NCBI GenBank assembly: GCA_964421935.1
Contig: CAYQZM010000207.1
Location: 5,567 to 69,566, forward strand
Reading direction: 5' to 3'
DNA: 64,000 nt
Source of the DNA: an uncultured Rhizobium sp.
GTDB lineage: Bacteria > Pseudomonadota > Alphaproteobacteria > Micropepsales > Micropepsaceae
This document shows, one piece after another, positions 59,866-64,000 of the stretch (the stretch's first letter is position 1; each line of letters starts with the position of its first letter). The position numbers and the translations under genes are program-made. The notes under the pieces were generated by a model, which was given only the letters and a program-made list of their open reading frames with translations, ran no database searches and was not told where the DNA came from.

Positions 59866-62800
59866 ATGTATCGCCGCTGGAAATGCGCGGTGCTGCTGTT
59901 GGGCGCTGCGTGCATGGCCGCAGCCGCCCGGGCGCAACCGGAGGCCACCGCCAACCTGTCCCTGCCCCCCCTCCCGCTCTCGGAAGCCTTGAAAAGCGTC
60001 GCGCAGCAGACCGGCGAAAACATTCTCTATATGCCCGATGCGGTTTCGCACTTCAGCGCGCCGCCCCTCTCCGGGCGCATGTCGGCGCGGCAAGCGGTGA
60101 CCGAGCTGCTGCGCGGCACTGGCCTGGACGTGGTGCCCGACGGCAATGGCGGACTGCTGGTCGAGAAGATCGCCGCTGCACCAGCGCTGCCAGAACAGGC
60201 ACTGCCCGTCGAACAGATCATTGTCACGGGATCGCGTATCGCCAGCGAAACCCATGTACCCACGCCCGGCGCGGCGCTGGATAGCGATCAGCTATCGGCG
60301 CTCAGCCCGCAAAGCATACCTGCGGGCCTTGCCAAACTGCCCGTCTTCGCGCCGATGCGCGGCAGCGACAGCGCATCCGATGGTGGCTATCAGGCGACCG
60401 GCAACTATCTGGACATTTATGGCCTGGGACCGATCCGGACCCTGGTCCTCAGCGATGGCCACCGCGTTACCTCCACCTATTTCGATGGCACGGTCGATAT
60501 CAATACCTTGCCCCAGATGCTGGTGCAGCGGGTGGAGATCGTGACCAGCGGCGCCTCGGCCGTGTATGGCTCTGACGCCGTGTCCGGTGTCGTCAATTTC
60601 ATCCTCGACAAGCATCTCGAGGGCCTGAAGGGTGTCGTCCAGGCGGGCATTTCCACCTTTGGCGATGCACGGTCGCTTCGGCTGGGCGTGGCGGGAGGCA
60701 TGCAGCTTACCAGCAGGCTTCATTTCGAAGGCAGCGCGGAATTCTTCAACCGTGACATTATTTCCGCCGATCCGCGCCCTTATGGCCTGGATGCATCCTC
60801 GCTGGTGGGTGCGGGGACGTCCGCCGCGCCATTGCAAAGCGTCATCAATACCCGCATCTCCAACGCGTCCTTCGGGGGCCTGGTCACCACGGGTCCCTTC
60901 GCCAACAGGCAGTTCGCGCCGGATGGCACGTTGATACCATTCAATCCCGGCACACCGACCACGACCAATGGCGTGGCCGTCGGCGGTGACGGCGGCTACA
61001 AGCGGCCGTCCTTCGTACTGCCCTCGCTGCAAACCGCACAGGCCTTCGCGCGGCTGGACTATGATTTCCTGAATGGCGCCATGGCCTATGTTCAGGCAGG
61101 CTATTCCCACAGCCGCACCTGGTCACATGAACAGAATCTGATCAGCACCATGGGTTCCAACGCCCTGACCATCTACAGCGGCAACCCCTATCTCCAGCCC
61201 GCCTATCAAGCGCAACTGACGGCCACCGGCACGCCCAGTTTCAATCTGGCCCGCTACAACGAGGATTTCGGCGGCATCCTCAACCTCACAGACCGCACCA
61301 GCACACAGACGATCTCGGCGGGGCTGGAGGGGGTGGCCTGGCGCCGTTTCAACTGGGAGGTCTATTACACCCATGGCGAAGGCCGCGTGGAACAGATCAC
61401 GCGCAACAACGTCAACACGCAGCGCATATATGCCGCCATCGACGCGGTGATGGACCCGGCCACCGGCAAGGCTGTCTGCCGGGTCACTCTCACCGCCCCT
61501 GCCACCTATCCCGGATGCGTCCCGATGGATATTCTGGGCGATGGCGCGCCGTCCGAAGCCGCCATTGCCTATGTCAATGGCGAGACGCGCTGGAAATCGA
61601 TCAACATCCTGGATGATTTTGGCGCCAATATCACCGGCTCTCTGTTCGACGGCTGGGCAGGCCCGGTCAAGGCGGCCGCGGGCATCGAATACCGGCTGCA
61701 AAGCCTGGTCGAAACAAGCAGCGTCGCCAACAACAGCTTCAACATTCAAAACCTGCGGGTAGGCCTGGATGGCAACACGCCACCGCCGGGCGCCTTGCTC
61801 TGGACCAAGAATGTCACTGCGCCGATGCGCGGCGCCAATTCCGTGTATGAGGGCGACATCGAACTCGAAGTGCCCTTGCTGCGCGGGTTTCCGCTTATCG
61901 AAGCACTCTCGGTGAACGGCGCAGGCCGTCTCACCCATTACAGCACATCCGGCCAGGCCGAGACCTGGCGCCTGGGCCTGGATTGGCAGCCGATAGCGGA
62001 TTTGCGCCTGCGCGCCACCCGTTCGCGCGATATCCGCGCACCCACCCTCTACGATCTGTTCCAGAGTCAGACGGGAAATATTTCCGGTCTCGTCGACTAC
62101 CTCACCAATACCGGCGGTTCGGTCGTCAACGTCACGGGCGGCAATCCGCACCTGGTTCCGGAAGTCGCGCGCAATACCACCGCCGGCATCTCCTATCAGC
62201 CGGGTTGGCTGCCGAATTTCGACGCGTCGCTGGACTATTATCATGCCGTCATCGACAACGCGATCGCCGTTGTCAGCGGCAGCTCCACCCAGACCGAGCA
62301 AATCTGCATCGCATCGGCGGGCACCTCGCCCTTGTGCGGCCTGGTGATACGCCCATTCCCCATCACCAACACCAGCGCGGCGAACTATCCGACCCTGAAC
62401 TTCAATGTGAAACAGAATGTTGCCTTGACCTATGCGGAGGGCGTGGACATCGCCATCGGCTACGCGTCGGATCTGGCGCGGCTGGAGCCCGGCTGGTCAG
62501 GCGTTGTCAGTCTGCGCCTGCTGTGGTCGCATGAACCCACCCTGAAGAACCAGACACTGCCGGGCACGGTTATCATCAACGCGGCCGGCACCTCGCAGAC
62601 CCCGAAGGATCGCGTCAGCCTGGAAATCGACTATCTGCGCGGGCCGATCACCGCCACCTTGCTGCAGCGTTATTACGGCTCGTTCCACCTCAGCGGCAAT
62701 CCCACCCTGATCGCCTTGAACTCGATCGCCCCCTACTGGCAGACCGATATCAATATGGGATACAGCCTGCGTGTCTTCGACGTACCCTCGATCGCTTTTG

Positions 62801-62943
62801 TCAATGTCAACAATCTGTTCAATCAGTTCGGCGGCAATTGCTGCGCCTTCACCAACACTCCGGGCATGCAATATCCAGTGGCGTCCTTCACCGACCGCAT
62901 CGGCCGCTATTTCACCCTTGGCTTGCGCTTCCAAACAAATTGA
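59866..62943 (+). CDS. TonB-dependent transducer (receptor with N-terminal STN signalling domain)
   Basis: STN-like segment LPPLPLSEALKSVAQQTGENILYMPDAV...SARQAVTELLRGTGLDVVPDGNGGLLV. Plug motifs IIVTGSRIA, TLVLSDGHRV and VEIVTSGASAVYGSDAVSGVVNFIL. Ends ...FTLGLRFQTN. Confidence 0.9.
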   Translation: MYRRWKCAVLLLGAACMAAAARAQPEATANLSLPPLPLSEALKSVAQQTGENILYMPDAVSHFSAPPLSGRMSARQAVTELLRGTGLDVVPDGNGGLLVEKIAAAPALPEQALPVEQIIVTGSRIASETHVPTPGAALDSDQLSALSPQSIPAGLAKLPVFAPMRGSDSASDGGYQATGNYLDIYGLGPIRTLVLSDGHRVTSTYFDGTVDINTLPQMLVQRVEIVTSGASAVYGSDAVSGVVNFILDKHLEGLKGVVQAGISTFGDARSLRLGVAGGMQLTSRLHFEGSAEFFNRDIISADPRPYGLDASSLVGAGTSAAPLQSVINTRISNASFGGLVTTGPFANRQFAPDGTLIPFNPGTPTTTNGVAVGGDGGYKRPSFVLPSLQTAQAFARLDYDFLNGAMAYVQAGYSHSRTWSHEQNLISTMGSNALTIYSGNPYLQPAYQAQLTATGTPSFNLARYNEDFGGILNLTDRTSTQTISAGLEGVAWRRFNWEVYYTHGEGRVEQITRNNVNTQRIYAAIDAVMDPATGKAVCRVTLTAPATYPGCVPMDILGDGAPSEAAIAYVNGETRWKSINILDDFGANITGSLFDGWAGPVKAAAGIEYRLQSLVETSSVANNSFNIQNLRVGLDGNTPPPGALLWTKNVTAPMRGANSVYEGDIELEVPLLRGFPLIEALSVNGAGRLTHYSTSGQAETWRLGLDWQPIADLRLRATRSRDIRAPTLYDLFQSQTGNISGLVDYLTNTGGSVVNVTGGNPHLVPEVARNTTAGISYQPGWLPNFDASLDYYHAVIDNAIAVVSGSSTQTEQICIASAGTSPLCGLVIRPFPITNTSAANYPTLNFNVKQNVALTYAEGVDIAIGYASDLARLEPGWSGVVSLRLLWSHEPTLKNQTLPGTVIINAAGTSQTPKDRVSLEIDYLRGPITATLLQRYYGSFHLSGNPTLIALNSIAPYWQTDINMGYSLRVFDVPSIAFVNVNNLFNQFGGNCCAFTNTPGMQYPVASFTDRIGRYFTLGLRFQTN

Positions 62944-63633
62944 TCAGCGTACCTGCTCGACCTTGAACAGCACCGGCTGTCCGTTGACCGCCAGATTCGT
63001 GCTGCCGAGCGCGCCACGGTTTATGGAAACCACATAGTCGCCGGCCGGCCGCGTCCAATGCGCCTTGCGCACATCGCCGGGCATCTGGCGCCACCTCTGG
63101 CCATTGTCCAACATCACCGTGAAATGACCCTGGCTATCGAAACTGTAGGCCGCCATTTGCATCTTCCGGCCACGGTGCGAGCCCAACAACCAGTCACCAG
63201 GGGGCTGTGCCAGCGCCGCATCGGTCACGATCCGGCAGGCGCCGGCCGCCTGGGGCGCGGGCGGCAGTCCCAGCACCGCACGTAAAGGCTGGACCGCCGC
63301 ATAATAGCAATTGAGCCAGGCATGGTCGTCGCCCCGCGTGTAGCAATGTGACGCCTCGCCCATCACCGCATCGCGAATGCCGAGGTCGTGCGGCGTTCCG
63401 CCTGCGGGCGGAGCGCTTGCCAACTGCGCCTGCGCCGGCAGCACGGAGGCAAGACCCAGCGCGGCCCGCACAGGCTGAGCAGCGCCATAGTAGCAATTCA
63501 GCCAGGTCCGGGAGTCCGCGATTACACCGCAACGAAAGGCGCCCGCCAGGACATCATCGCGTGCGCGTGCCACAGCGTGTTCCGCGCCCAGTGATACAAG
63601 CAGCAGAAGTGCAAGGATCCAGACCCGGCCCAC
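62944..63633 (-). CDS. Secreted hypothetical protein with duplicated C..WLNCYY.A..P.R..LGL module (paralog B)
   Basis: Signal peptide MGRVWILALLLLVSLGAEHAVA. Modules AFRCGVIADSRTWLNCYYGAAQPVRAALGLAS and ASHCYTRGDDHAWLNCYYAAVQPLRAVLGLPP. C-terminal YSFDSQGHFTVMLDNGQRWRQ. Collinear with 30272..31027. Confidence 0.75.
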   Translation of the reverse strand: MGRVWILALLLLVSLGAEHAVARARDDVLAGAFRCGVIADSRTWLNCYYGAAQPVRAALGLASVLPAQAQLASAPPAGGTPHDLGIRDAVMGEASHCYTRGDDHAWLNCYYAAVQPLRAVLGLPPAPQAAGACRIVTDAALAQPPGDWLLGSHRGRKMQMAAYSFDSQGHFTVMLDNGQRWRQMPGDVRKAHWTRPAGDYVVSINRGALGSTNLAVNGQPVLFKVEQVR

Positions 63634-63643
63634 GAAAGACCCT

Positions 63644-64000
63644 CTATTTCGGCCGCGGTCCGGGCTGCAGCCCCGGTTGCCAGGAACGGATGCAAAGAAC
63701 CCGCGATTTCACACCCGGCGCGCTATAGTAGCCGACCGTGGCATTGGCGCGATAATAGTAGGCATCTCCTAGACCGGCAGGGAACCGGCCGGCGATGCCG
63801 TCCATGCCACTGCCCGCCACCTGCTGGCCGTGACCGTCCAAGACCAGATAGATCTCCTCCTCCCGCGGATGGTGATGCGGGAAATTGGTGCCGCCGGGAT
63901 CGATCTCCATCAGGAACAGGCTCGTGACCACATTGTCGATGTCGATCCGATCACGAGTCTGGCTGCTGTCGCCCAGCAGAAGGCGGTAGTGCGTGGACGT
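63644..64000 (-). CDS. Cupin domain protein, 5' end outside window
   Basis: MEIDPGGTNFPHHHPREEEIYLVLDGHGQQV (cupin motif 1). The minus-strand frame is open from 63931 up to nt 64000 (I checked every codon). Confidence 0.6.
   Translation of the reverse strand, partial: TSTHYRLLLGDSSQTRDRIDIDNVVTSLFLMEIDPGGTNFPHHHPREEEIYLVLDGHGQQVAGSGMDGIAGRFPAGLGDAYYYRANATVGYYSAPGVKSRVLCIRSWQPGLQPGPRPK

Noticed and set aside
1-64000. Search by eye for CRISPR arrays, long tandem repeats, rRNA or further tRNA genes
   Set aside because: I noticed no regularly spaced direct repeats or additional structured-RNA signatures. This is a by-eye scan only, so short or degenerate arrays and small ncRNAs could have been missed.

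Overview
High-GC, alphaproteobacterium-like chromosomal segment; the taxon is inferred only from gene content, with no database search. It has two parts.

(1) nt 1-17274 looks like a genomic island at a tRNA-Gly(CCC) gene. A tyrosine integrase abuts the tRNA 3' end. The island backbone is visibly decaying: Ku is frameshifted, LigD is cut to 42 codons, exonuclease III is frameshifted and truncated, a small conserved gene is frameshifted, and a resolvase survives only as a multi-frame remnant. A more AT-rich ~10.5-kb cassette (3999-14468) sits inside the broken ku/ligD locus and carries four large, fully intact genes. These are an HNH-like protein, a 1657-aa DUF4011-type SF1 helicase fused to a Vsr/DUF559-like nuclease and a GreA/GreB-C-like tail, and a translationally coupled SbcD-like/SbcC-like pair. 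This is my best candidate for an uncharacterised defence or DNA-surveillance system.

(2) nt 17275-64000 is nutrient-scavenging and accessory metabolism. It holds three TonB-dependent receptor loci, one under FecI/FecR control. An apparently periplasmic (Tat/Sec-signal) D-amino-acid module contains a D-aminoacylase, a DAO-like flavoenzyme plus cytochrome c, a SelA-like PLP enzyme and exported RidA proteins including a triple-RidA fusion. There is also a cytoplasmic N-acyl-D-amino-acid operon, a type III PKS-methyltransferase-flavoprotein operon next to an ECF sigma/anti-sigma pair, and a DUF1329/DUF1302 pair. The remainder is a ferritin-like/carbamoyltransferase/DUF5989/methyltransferase/SGNH operon and two paralogous secreted proteins of unknown function.

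All calls rest on by-eye motif recognition in the supplied ORF translations.
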